Source of the DNA: Tricharina praecox
Taxonomy: Eukaryota
Assembly (NCBI RefSeq): GCF_024521635.1
Contig: NW_026250419.1
Span: forward strand, 496,001-560,000
DNA: 64,000 bases
Direction: 5' to 3'
Part shown: positions 1 through 12,584 of the stretch, piece after piece
Position numbering within the stretch: the stretch's first letter is position 1
Layout of the letters: the number at the start of each line of letters is the position of its first letter
The notes under the pieces: generated by a model
Seen by the model: only the letters and a program-made list of their open reading frames with translations
Told to the model about the DNA's origin: nothing
The model's database searches: none
Translations under genes and position numbers: made by a program

Positions 1-305
1 TGGTCCTCACCTCACCTCACCTCTTAACCTAATCCCCCCCCCACTCTACCCTTCTACCGCACACTCGTATGGCTGCGCACAATTCATTGCCTGCTGGTTA
101 ACACAAATCTGTTCTTACATAGATCCCAAGACGAAGAATCGTTTTTTTTGCTCTGGGCTCGCTTCCTCTTGCTCTGTCAAAAATAAACGTCATACACCAA
201 CAACCCCAACCCCAACCCCCCCAAGAACTGGTCCAAACAACCGTTTGTTGATCTGCAACGACCGCAACGGCCACATCCCAGAATACACACTACCTCGACG
301 CACGC

Positions 306-3049
306 ATGAGCAGCTCCCAACACTCTTCGCCCCCACCACCGTCGTACCCCGCTATGACCCAGGACGAAAATAGCCCCGAGGTCTTTCTCGGCCCCACCGG
401 CTCGGAAACCGAAGAGTTCTATTGTTTCCAACGCTCCAATCCCGGCCTCGAGAAGGCGGAATATCTGGAGTGGTTTCAGAAGCGGTTCCACAAGGAGATT
501 GAATTGCGGCGAAGGCGCTCCGACCAGCCGTCAGACCTCGAGTTCATGGTCATCAAGAAGCGCTCCAAATATCGCGAGCGGATCGGCGAGGAATCTGCAG
601 AATTGTGTCGCCATTCAGAGCTGTTTCCTCACAAAACTTATCGGGAACTCGCAGAGTGGTTTCAGGATCGCTTCGGAAAGGAAATTGATATCACCGCTAT
701 CTCGAGTATGTCCCCCGTCCCTTTGCTGTGCATTATTCTGGAGGCCGCTCTCGCCACTTCCATATCCATATTCACCCTCCCTCTCTCCCCCGATGATCGC
801 TGCCGGGCAAATCTTTCTTAAAGGGCTGACCCTTGTTTAAGATACCCTTCCACCACCGCGAAACGGTTTACTAACTTCGGCTCACCCGATAGGAGCCTTG
901 AAACGTCAACGTGAAGGCAATGAAGTAAGTGACGGTATTCCAAGCCCGGATCACGCACCCCCGGCTGCCAAACGTGGACGCCGCTCGCTAGGCAGCCAGA
1001 ACAATGGCTACCAGAACCAACAGTCACCGGGCCCGGTGGGTTCGCAACCGACCTTCACGGTGGACATGGCTGGAACTCCCCTTTCCCGCCAGCATACTCC
1101 AACTTATACCCCCGCCCACACGCCAAAGACCATTGCGAGAAAACTTCCTACACCGGAAGAGAGCGGTGCAAGGCCGGCGCAGCAGCAGCAGCAATTCTCG
1201 CATCGGCAGCAACTGCTACAGCAGCAATTGCTACAGCAGCAGCAACAACAACAGGCGCAACAGCAGCAGCAGCAGCAGCAACAGCAACAACAGCAACAGC
1301 AGCTTCAGCACCAGCAGCTTCAACAGGAACAACGGCAGCAGGAACAACGGCAGCAGCAAGAGCAGCGGCAGGAGCAGGAGCAACGACAGCAGCAGGAGCA
1401 ACGGCAGCAGCAGGAGCAACGACAGCAGCAGGAGCAACGGCAGCAGCAGGAGCAACGACAGCAGCAGGAGCAACGGCAGCAGCAGGAGCAACGACAGCAG
1501 GAACAACGGCAGCAGGAACAACAACGGCAACAACAGCATCCTCCTCATCCGCATCCTCACCACCCTCGTCCTCATCCGAACGCTCACCCACCACCGCCCC
1601 AACCACTCTACCATCATCCTCATCCCACCGTGAATGGCTCGTCGACCGTCGATCAGCCCTCTCGTGGCACTATGTGGAACCCGGTTAATCCTGGACATAA
1701 CGGACCTAGTGCTGGCATGGGTCCCGGAGCCGCATCCGGTCCTGGAAACACCTTCGACATTAGGGGGGAGATGCCCGGCCGTCGAACCCCTCCACAACCG
1801 ATTCAACCATCACAGTCGGTAACAATAAAACACGAAGCCCCCACCAACAACATCACCGCCCCCACCACCACCACCACACGTATGTTGAGAAGCAAGTCCA
1901 TCTCACAACAGCAACAGCTACAACAAAAACAACAACAGCAACAGCAACCACCTCAGACCGTCCACAGCATTGCCCCGGGTCCCCCGCCGTTGCAGCCTCG
2001 CGCGAATTACGCGCCTGTGCAGAACCATCACCCGGCGCCACCGGCCGTCCTACCGGCCGCTTCACCGATTGGACTACACCAACAACACCACCCACAGAAG
2101 GACATCGCTGTGCTGCTGCAGAGTCGGATCAATAGCGCGATGGAAAAGCATTTGAGAAGTTTGGAGGAGCTCAAGGCGTCCACCGAAGACGCGAACGCTT
2201 TCATCCAGAACGTATCAAGTCATCACGTTCGTTGGCAGGAGGAGGTCCAGAATTTGGCGATGGAGAGAGATACCCTGCTTGCGAACAATAGGGATCTAAG
2301 GGCATGGGGAGATGATCTGCAGCGAGGAAACTTGGAGCTCCAGCAATTCGAGAGAAAATTCCATGATGCTAGTCGGCACATTGCACAAATCGAAGACGAA
2401 AACCGACGTCTTCGAAGCGACGCCGAACTCGTCTCACGGCTACAGGCCAATCTTGCGCATCGGGAAGCGCAGTTGGCGAATGCTCGGATGGTATTGCGGC
2501 AGAATGGCTTCGATGCGTCGGGAGAAAGGGCTTCGTCGGTCGGCCCCGGTGAGCGCAGGACTAGGAGGGAGCTCGATGAATGGGTATCACGGGGATATGC
2601 CGACGCATGTAGACATGAGAAGGAACTCAAGGTGCTCGTGGACGGTGTTGAGAGCGCTGGTTGGAAGGATCTCAATGGCAGGTTGCACACGCTCAAGGCG
2701 TACTTGGCGGAAATGAAAAGGGAGAGGGAGCAGAAAGAGGGCGAGTGGAAGCGGTACATTGGGCATATTTATGGAAGCCAATCACCGATCCCGCCCTCGC
2801 GCGACGATGCCGGCGATGATGCGGATGATGAGGGTGAGGGAAAAGTCATTGTGAACGGCATCAAGGGTATGTTTACATCCAATCAGCTGTAACCATCCAC
2901 GGAATACTAACTCTTTCCAAGTTGCCCATGCCATTCCAACGCCATCCAATCCAGTCAAGTCGGAGCGTACCAGTGGTCCAAACACCCCCACATCCAACAA
3001 TACGATCGCTAGGGAGGATGCGGTCCAAAAAATGGAGGTCGATTCATGA
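306..3049 (+). CDS. Putative DNA-binding protein: N-terminal ABP1/CENP-B-type HTH, long polyQ/QQQEQR low-complexity region, C-terminal coiled coil; exons approx. 306-705, 842-2866, 2922-3049
   Basis: ORFs 306..821 and 898..2892 join in frame through intron 706-841 (GTATGT...GCTGAC...AAG). A second intron, 2867-2921 (GTATGT...ACTAAC...AAG), adds the C-terminus ...QKMEVDS*. The motif ELCRHSELFPHKTYRELAEWFQDRFGKEIDITAISNTL resembles the ABP1/CENP-B N-terminal HTH. Confidence 0.7.
1180..1537 (+). repeat. Coding CAG/CAA tract and 18-bp minisatellite (CAGCAGCAGGAGCAACG[G/A]) encoding polyQ and QQQEQR repeats
   Basis: Tandem units are directly visible; CGG and CGA Arg codons alternate over several units. 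Confidence 0.95.
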
Positions 3050-5047
3050 GCGGTTGTCTCCTTTTCGCGACATGCATCTACCACCCAACCCCCGGCATGC
3101 GATACCTTTCTCTGTACATTTGACATCGATTCCGTTTCTGCAGCTGGTGCGATGCATGCAGAAACCGTATTGGTGCTATTTTAGCTTTCCCCTTTCCTTT
3201 AATGGTTGTTTTTGTACTATTTTGGGCGGGGCATTTCTTACATACCACCTACCCCCCGCGCCATTTAAATGGGTTCTTCGGCGTCTGCATTTTTTTCTTT
3301 CTTTTTCTTTTTCTTTTTTCTTTCTTTTTTCTTTTCTTTTCTTTCCCCCTGCGCTTACTTTTGCCCGCAGCCGTTTTTTTTCTCGTCCGACCTTGCCATG
3401 TCGTCCGCGCCATTCCAATGTGGGTTGGTTGTTTTGATATCGATTTTTTCTTCTTTTCTTTTTCTTTTCTTTGTATTGTTCACCTGGATATGATCAATGG
3501 CGTATGCGTATTTTTTCGATTTTCGGGGTTTTCAACAGGAAGAAGGAAGGGGTTGGGTTGGGGGGTTTGGGGGGTTAGGAGGGGCGCTGGGTTACATAAT
3601 AGAGGATTGTGTATCATACAGTACTAGGTGCTACAACAGGACCAGGACAAGTGTTTGTCTGTTGGTCGTTTCGTGCATACTAGAATTCCCGTGATATTAT
3701 CAGCTGCATGAGCACTCGGTCTGGTTTGGATCTATGTAGATGTGGTCCAAATGAATGGCGGGAGGCGGGAGTCGGGATTCGGGAGTGGGGACCCATAAGA
3801 TGACTGGATGGCTGGCATGCACATTGCACACATTGCACACATCCTATCGCCACGTGGATAAAGGATTTCATTCAATACTGTACTGGACATTGGCGCATCA
3901 TTGTGTGAGATGGGGAAATGATCCGTTGACACAACAAGGCTACCGCTACCGTTACCGTACTGTACTTATCATAGCAAGCGCGGACGCCCCAAGATATCGG
4001 GCGAGTGCCTTTCCATGCATGCATGCGGGGCGGGCCATACGGCAGGTTATATATCAGATGGCATATGTAGAGTGCGCCGACAGAAGCTTACTGTATCCTG
4101 TATCCTATATCCTGTATCCTGTATCGATAGGGCGGGGATCTTTATAGGATCGTAAGCGAAGTATGCATGTACTTACTGTGTATGGAGAGTACATATCAGC
4201 TATGCATACCTATCGGCCCGAGTGTGTATGTGCACGTTCTATCACTCGCTCTCTTGACTTTGGCGGGGAAACTGGGTTTCCCGTGAGGCTGAGATGAACC
4301 TTTTTTTGCTCGGTTCATTGTTACGTAGGATTGTAGCTACTCTATGTACATAGAGTACACGGTAACTATCGTCACCGAGTCGAGTCCGGTGCCGAGAATA
4401 CACTCCGCACTCTGAATGGACTCTGCACTCTACTTAGACTCCGCACTCTACTGAGAATTTAGTACCGCCAAACCGAGGAGCAACGACGGAACTTACCTCT
4501 TCTCCGCCCCACACCCCCACCGGCGGACACCGCTGCACGTAAGACGGTAAGACGGTAAGACCAAAGACGGTATGTAAGCCCACCTAGGTGCCGCTCGGAG
4601 TGAGGTCACGGTGCATCACCCACCACTACCATGTCGGCGACGGGGGGAGGGGCGGACGGCGAGTTCCGCTGGACGTCTTAAGTTCGGGCTGTGCGGACGT
4701 TTCTCGGACGACTATAGGACCAACATGGCGATACGGGCTCCGCTCACGGCAGGCAGTCAGGCAGGTGAGATTCTGACGGCGTCGGTGGGAGGTTCCGTGC
4801 TTGCCTCCGATACGGTAGGTTGAAATGTGTGCGTAAGGAGCGGATGAAGCCGCGGCCTTTCCCATCTTTCCATGTTCCACGTTCCAGCCCGGGGCCGGAA
4901 TATGCCGGTGATCCTCAGGTGCTGTTCCCCACGTGCTGTTCCACTTGGGCCCCCTGCGTCGCTGACGTTAGGGAACAGGAGGCCCGTCGCTCCGTTCCGT
5001 AGGTACCAGTCCAATCGGCCCAAGCCGTCCACCGAGGGGTGTATGTA

Positions 5048-5075
5048 GGGGGGGGGGGGGGGGGGGGGGGGGGGG
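5048..5075. repeat. Poly-G homopolymer (~28 nt)
   Basis: Uninterrupted G run. Confidence 0.9.
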
Positions 5076-5912
5076 TGATCTCCGCGCTGACTATGCAGGC
5101 GTTGATGGACTCGCCCTCGGAGCCAGTGCTATGGTTTGAGTTTGGCATACTTACCCTGCTTGCTGGAAGGGGCTCCGGACTTCCGAACCTCGGGCCAACT
5201 TCCTGCTGGGACGGGGAAACCGTATTAGGTGTGTGTAAATGTTATTGGATCCGAAGAGTTTGGAGTTCATCGCCATGGTGACGTTGCGGAGTGGCCAGTA
5301 GGTTGCCATTCGGGTTATCGAAGGCACTGGCGATCGTGGGCGTCCAGTTGGGGCCTGGGCCAAAGGCTGGCTGGCTTCTGAACGGACTTTGCCGTATGTA
5401 CTATACGGACTGTTCCATACCTTTTACCGGAGGGACTTAGAAGTTAGGCTTCACACGTATTCCATCCCATTGGAAAGGCATTCTCGGACGACTCCGATGG
5501 GCTCTTGGAGCACTGGAGCTGTGCTTTACGCACCACGAATGACATCTCGGGGGCCTAATCTCACCCTTCCCCACCTCTCTACCTAGTTCCAAGTGGCTTT
5601 TTTTGTTCATTCATTTATTGCATGTTCGTTCCAAGCGGCTGGCTATCAGCCTTTTTTTTTACCACCGAGTGCGAGTGACGCCGTGTGATTTCTACTACCG
5701 AGTGATCAATACGCACCGACACCTCCCGCTGCTCTAATAGGTATACCTATGCTGTCGATGGTTTCACGAGAGGATAATCGACCGCTGCCAAGTCCTTATC
5801 TCCATTCATGCTCAAGCGATTTTCCGGCACTGGGCAGGGCATCCCGCCAAAAGGCCTGCTGCGGGTGATTACTACGCATACTACTATTACTACCCTGCTA
5901 CCCTGCACCCCC

Positions 5913-6220
5913 TACTATTCTACTATCCTACTATCCTACTATCCTACTATCCTACTGTCCTACTATCCTACTATCCTACTATCCTACTGTCCTACTATCC
6001 TACTATCCTACTATCCTACTATCCTACTATCCTACTATCCTACTATTCTACTATCCTACTATTCTACTATCCTACTATCCTACTATCCTACTATTCTACT
6101 GTTCTACTATTCTACTATTCTACTAGGTATGCTGTCATCCTACTATTCTACCACCATCCTACCGTCCTGATTCAACCACCCCACTAGCCCGTTATCCTAT
6201 TATCCTACTATCCTACTATT
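5913..6220. repeat. (TACTATCC)n octamer microsatellite with TACTATTC/TACTGTCC variants
   Basis: Directly visible tandem octamers; they account for spurious ORF 5808..6170. Confidence 0.95.
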
Positions 6221-8237
6221 CGCCGACCACTATACCGTAGGCAGACTAGGGAGGCTGTGCAACGACTGGGCAAATAATTGATCCCGCCCCCCGCGGTCGT
6301 GGTTGCCGGGACGGACTGACGAACACTTTCTTGGCATATTCGTATTCCTCGGCGGCGGCGAGAGTCGGGCACGATTGGATGCTACAGTGCTACATAGACT
6401 TGGAATTGAGGCGCAGGGCTCTGCAGTCGATCTCGGGTATGTAACTAGAGAACGCGGGCGCGCGGCAGGTTACTACGACGACACCGGGGCGTCGAGTTTG
6501 TCGTAGGTACATACCGTATCCCACGAGTAACTGGTTCCGCAGTAGGTACTCAGTACCAGTTAGTAAGCATGCCGAACAAGGAATGCCAGCCGCGTGGTAC
6601 GTACCGTGCGGCTGAGACTCGAGACTCGAAGACGGCAGCGAGGCCGCGAGGGTGATTACAGTGAGGGTGCCTGCATGGGGCGAGGCTGGATTGCATACCT
6701 ACTCCACATACCAGGTACCTATTAGCAACCAAGTAGCCACCAACCTACGTATCTGCGCGCATAGCCTCGTTCGGGAGCAGCACGCAAGTCCGGTGTTCCG
6801 GAAGTGCGGCGTGTTCGCTTCTGCTTTGCTTCTGCAGACTCACGAGCAATAACCAAGTAGGTAGATAGACAAGTTGCGGTCCGGATATGTAGAGTGTGTG
6901 TTGGGCTACCTACTTGTCTAGGTACTATAGCTATAGATACCGGTACATATGCTTCTTCTCCCACCGACCTACCTCCCTTGAAGAAGTGAAGAAGTGGGAG
7001 CCTCACTCACTCACTCAGGAGTCAGCCAGCGCCTGCGCCCGCGCCCGCGGCCCACAATGATCCCAGGACGCTCCGTTCGCTAAATTTTGCTACTTTTTGG
7101 CCTCGCTTGAGGTGGTGCATGGTCAACTGGTGCTCTATCTACTATATAACCAACTATACCCTGCATGGTGATAGATGACCACCGTTGTGGGCTGGGCAGT
7201 GGGCAGTGCGGAGTCAGTCGCGGACTGCGGAAAACGCTCCTTGCATGCCACGCCGTTCTTCACCGTCGACGTTGACGTTGCCGTGGTCGTTGTCGTCGTC
7301 GTGGCGGACATTGTAGTCATGAGGTGCTAGTTAGCAGAGGCCTTGCAGAATCCCGATATTCACTCGCCCATCCACCAACCCCTCACTCTAGCCCGATCCG
7401 TTTTGCATGCGCAGCGGACTTTTGGGGAAGTTGGGAGAAAGTTGGGAACTCAGAGTCAGCGTCAGCGAATCGAATGCAACTCGGGCGCTACTATTTTTGG
7501 GATCAAATAGTAGGACTAGGGGCTTTTGGCGAGCGTCACACAAGACGCTGGGTAAGGGCCAACAATAATATAACATGTGCAGTCACAACACTGCACTGCG
7601 GTGTGGAATTTCCCGCGGTTTGCTTTGCTCGTGCGCGCGCCGTGGAGGAGACTGAAGAGGAGAGACGGTTCGAAACAGAACTGGCGTTTCGGAAAGGAGA
7701 AAGGGCACAAAGCTGAAGGGAGACGGAGCAAAAGCAAAACTCCCAACAGGCCGGCTAGCTAGGGCGAGTCAACCAGCCGGTGCGACTCTCGATCTCGAGA
7801 AAGTCTCAGGAACACCGCCAGCTTGAGTGGACTCAAACAGTCCGCAATCTTTCTTTTGGACATGCGCAGCGCTGAAAAAAACCCTTGATATGTATGAGAT
7901 CACACATGCCTACGCTGCCTGCGTATGCCCCTCTCCCCCCCCTCCCCCCTCCCATGGTCGGCGGAGCAGTACATAAGGCGGAGCCCACACTCTTTGTGCG
8001 CAACTATTCCTTCTCCTCCTCTCGTCAGCTCATCCACCACACACCCACGCTTCCTGCAAATAGTCGAACTCCAAGTGGCCTGCCGCTGCTTTTCTTACAG
8101 AGGTGAATGCGCGACCCGTCGTCGTCGTCGTTGGTGATAAAAAGCCGGACTCGAGAGCTGACTCGAACTGCACAGCAGACCCCACACACACTCACCTTGT
8201 ATCACCTGACCCCTCGCGATCCGCGATACCTTCAAAA

Positions 8238-9096
8238 ATGGGCTTCAATTGGCTCAACCCGCTGCGGATCTTCCAGGCCGTGCTATCGCTAGCCGTCCTG
8301 ATCTCGGCAGGAGTATTCGTCTCCGGCGACCGAGATGGCGCCGGCGAAGGCGCCTTCATGATCTTTGTCGTGCGTACCCCCACCCACCCACCCACGCAGC
8401 TTACCGCTTCCCGCCCGCCCGCTTTCCAAGCTAACTGACGGCCCCCACCACCCCCACTACAGCCCATCTTCACCCTCATCGCACTCGGCTACCTCGTCGG
8501 CGCCCCCGGTTTCTTCCCGGCAATATTCAACTCCTGGGCCGCGCTGGGGATCGAAGCGTTAACCTGGGTTCTCTGGTAGCTCCCCCTGTCCCCTCCCCTC
8601 CCCCTCCCCCTCCCCCGCTCCTCCCTTCCTCTATGTACTAACCCCCCGCCCCAATAGGCTCGCCGGCTTCGCGGCCCTCGCCTCGATGCTAAACCGGTAC
8701 GAATGCTTCGCAGACGGCACACAGCTGTGCGGCAGCATCTCGGGCGCGCGCGCCGCCACCGTTCTCGGCGCGTTCACGTGGCTGGCGTTTTCCGTCTCGC
8801 TGGGTTACTTCATCTTTCAGCTTATACAGGCGCGTCGCGGCAGCGGCGGGGGACTCGGTGGAGGGCTCGAGGCTGGTGGTATGTTATCCCTGTCTAAAGG
8901 TGGTGAGGAGGGAGAGGAGGAGGAGAAGGAGCAGGCGGCTGATGCGTGTGACGTAGGACATCCGAATGCTCCCACCACTGGCCCGTACGATCAGAGCGTT
9001 AGCATGGAGCAGCAGCAGCCGCAGTATGCTCCCCAGCCACAGTACGCGCCCCAGCAGCAGCAGCAGTATGCGCCTCAGCAGCAGGCACAGTATTAA
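8238..9096 (+). CDS. MARVEL-domain (4-TM) membrane protein with QPQYAP-repeat tail; exons approx. 8238-8369, 8463-8575, 8658-9096
   Basis: The protein starts MGFNWLNPLRIFQAVLSLAVL. It has four hydrophobic segments including IEALTWVLWLAGFAALA and AATVLGAFTWLAF, typical of fungal MARVEL proteins. There are two GT-AG introns with CTAAC branch sites. Confidence 0.8.
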
Positions 9097-10376
9097 CCGG
9101 ATATCTGTGTACGAGGAGGGGGTGCGGGTTGCGGGTGGATGGGATACGGTAGATAGGTAGGCCGCCTGGTGTGTACTGGTACTAGGTATACTATACACAC
9201 AAGGTTGGATACTTATCGAGGATTCGAGGGTGCCTTGCGCCTGCGTCGTGTGATGAGCCATGGCTGGCTGGCCGTACGGATGGGATACTTTCTTATTATG
9301 CATACTATTTAGAGGAGGCTTTGATGAATTTAATGATTTATATTTTCTGGGTTCTATGTAACTACCGGTGTGATGGCACTTTGGACGGGGTGGGTGAATC
9401 GGAATTGTTTGTATGTAAGAGGTATGGAGGCACCCGGCATATTGTTCTCGTGGAATCGAATGCTGTGTTTTCTTGCGTCGTATGTTGCTCGTGGAGTCTG
9501 GGGAAACTTGAAAGTGAGGTTTAACCGAACACCACTTCGAAACATCAATGCCCAGAATGATGATGATTTATCACCCGCGGGCCAGATGTACTCTACCGCT
9601 GATAGCGGTAACTACGAGTAGCAAGAAACACATTTTCAGCGAACGTCGTGACGAAACCTACACATCAAGAAAACAACTCTACTCTCCGATTATCATGACC
9701 GACAGTACAGCCGAATTTTTCTTCTCCGAGTACTAGCTACAGACAGCTCCAATGCAATCATAGTTTATAGCTGAGCAGTACTCTAGTGAAGCTCCACACA
9801 GAAATGCGGGGTAAGTAGCTGCTTCGGCTTCAATCGCGGACACGTGGTAGTTTTATACTCCATGCAGGCCTTGCAAGGCAATTCATAGTAGGATCCATCT
9901 AGTGTATCCAGGCTGATAAGTAATACACAGCCTTAGTTATCTAAAAGATCGGTGATTAGTTAAGGCTTAAACCCGGCCCAGCTGCCGGTGGGCAGTCTCC
10001 ACACCTCACTCCCGCGCGCCATCCCATTCCCCCACAATTCCTCTTCTGGCGACGGCTTCCCCACACCACGCCAACGGCAACCAGTCCCTGCGTTGATCTG
10101 CTCTCCGCTCAGTACCGGCTGGTCTGGGGGAAAGACACCATTGCTTGAATGGAATTGTCGGTGGGTCCTCGTCGAAGCACCGCCGGTACCGGTATGCACG
10201 GTATGCACATGTATGGGGTAGTATGGGGTAGTATGGGGTAGTATTACATGCCGCATGAGTACAGGCCTGGCAATTCGAGCTCTCGCAGCTCGAGTTCTTT
10301 AAAAGACACTCGTCGCCGCCGCGGCGATGAATGAGCATCCCAAAGCGGCAATCCACAGCAGCAGTAGAAGCAGCAA

Positions 10377-12338
10377 TGGCTCCCCCATCAGCTCTTCCTC
10401 CACTCCTTGCGGAAGACTGCCACTCCGGTATTCCTGCGCGCCACCACCAGCAAGCAATTGAGAGTCGCGCCCGCCTCTACTCAAACCGCACCGTTCCCGC
10501 TTCTACCCCCAGATCCCAGGAGACGCCTGTGCTCCCGCCCGATGTCGATAGGGAGACTTTCAATCTTGCGGTCGATGAGCTGAGGAAGCTGCTGGGCGCT
10601 GAGAATGTAGAGCTCAATGATAAGCCCCTCGTGGATGGGTGGTATATGGAGCATCCGTATGTCTTTTCTTTCTTGGGCTGGATGGCTCTGCGCGGCGGCT
10701 AACCTGGTGGCAGTAACACCCACGACGCCTTCCACATCGTCGAGCAAGAGGACCTCGTCTCCTCGGCCACGGTCTACCCCGGCAGCGTCGAGGAAGTGTC
10801 CACCATCGTCAAATGGGCGAACAAGTACCTGATGCCGATCTACCCGATCAGGTGTGTACCCCTTGATCCTCGCATCTCATCCGCTAACACCCTCCAGCAT
10901 GGGCCGCAACATCGGCTACGGCGGCGCGGCACCGCGTCTCCGCGGCAGCGTGGTCGTCGACCTCGGCCGGCGCATGAACCAGGTCCTCAAGATCGACGGC
11001 GAGTCCGCCACGTGCATGGTCGAGCCCGGCGTCTCGTACTTTAAGCTGTACGAGGAGGTGCAGAAGACGGGCTTCCCGCTTTGGGTGGATCCTCCGGATC
11101 TCGGCGGCGGGTCCGTTCTCGGAAACTGTATCGACCGTGGTGTAGGCTACACGCCGTACGGTGACCATTGGGCGAATCATTGTGGGCTGGAGTTGGTTCT
11201 GCCGACCGGTGAGATCGTAAGGACGGGAATGGGCGCGCTGCCTGGAAAGGACGGCGCGGATAATCCTACGTGGCAGTCGTTTCAGCACAACTACGGTATG
11301 TATCGCCCCCCCCCCCGCTCTGCTGTGCAGCCACTAACACCACCAGGTCCCTCCGTCGACGGCATCTTCAGCCAGAGCAACTTCGGCATCGTGACGAAGA
11401 TGGGCATGTGGCTGATGCCTGCAACCGAGCACCAGACGTACATGGTGACCTTTCCACACGACGACGACTTCGAGCAAATCATCGAGATAATCCGGCCTTT
11501 GGCGCTGCAGCGGATCCTGGGGAACATCCCGCAGCTGCGCAACGTGATACAGGAGCTTGCGGTTCTCGCCACCCCGCGCTCAAAGTACTGGTCCGGCAGC
11601 GGCCCCATGCCGCGCGAAACCCTCCGCGCCCTCGCAAAGAAATACCTCCCCACCGGAGACTGCAGCTGGATCTTCTACGGGACGGTGTACGGTCCCGAAG
11701 CCACCCGCAACAGCCAAATGGCAACAATCAAGGCCGCGTTCGGCCGCGTGGCGGGAATGAAATTCTACCTCCCCTCCGACCTCCCGTCCACCCACTACAT
11801 CCACTCGCGCGTAAAGATCTGTTCCGGGACCCCGGAACTGAGAGAGCTAGACTGGTTGAACTGGGTCCCGAACGCAGCGCACACCTTCTTCGCGCCAATC
11901 ACGCCTACGCGGGGCCGCGACGCGCGGATCGTGCACGAGCTTGTCACCTCGCTGCACCACAAGTGGGGCTTCGACAGCTTCCCAACGTGGTGTGTCGCCG
12001 GCCGCGAAATGCACTACATCGCCAACATCGTGTATGACCGCGCGGATGCCGATGCGAAGCGCAGGGTTAACGGACTGATGCATGAAATGATCGCGGCGGC
12101 CGCGAGGGAGGGCTATGGTGAGTATAGAACTCACCTGCTGTATCAGGATGTTGTCGCCAGGACCTATGGCTTTGGAGGACAGGCCCTGCTCAGGCTTAGT
12201 GAGACGCTGAAGGATGCGCTCGATCCCAATGGGATTTTGGCACCTGGAAGGGCGGGCATTTGGCCTAAGAGGTATAGAGGACGTGGATTCGAGATCCTCG
12301 AGGCGAAGGATGAGAGTGCGCCGAAGGCAAAGCTGTAA
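10377..12338 (+). CDS. vaoA: Vanillyl-alcohol oxidase / 4-phenol oxidase (VAO/PCMH flavoprotein family), 4 exons
   Basis: Motifs GRNIGYGG, VEPGVSY, PDLGGGSVLGN..DRGVGYTPYGDH, FSQSNFGIVTKMG, PNAAHTFFAPI, GEYRTH and LKDALDPNGILAPG. Introns at approx. 10657-10713, 10852-10898 and 11296-11346. The start could be 10331. Confidence 0.9.
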
Positions 12339-12584
12339 ATAGGATTGGGTTGTGCGTGTATTATGTATGTAGGGAATGTGAAGATGGGGATCACAGTCAT
12401 GACGTTACACGAAATATGAAGGCACAAGTGAGATACTGTGACGTGAGGGTTTGCATCGCTGTTTAGATCTATCGTTCCACCTATCCATCTATCCCAATCC
12501 AATCCAAAAGAAATCCCCCACCCGGGTATCTAAAACATCCACCCTTTGCATGTAAAATAAACTGAAGATCTCTTTCATCCTCCC

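Noticed and set aside
3270..3480. Phe-rich and Lys-rich ORFs
   Set aside because: T-rich 3' UTR/terminator region of the upstream gene.
5808..6170. ORF with YYPTILLS repeats
   Set aside because: Artefact of the (TACTATCC)n microsatellite.
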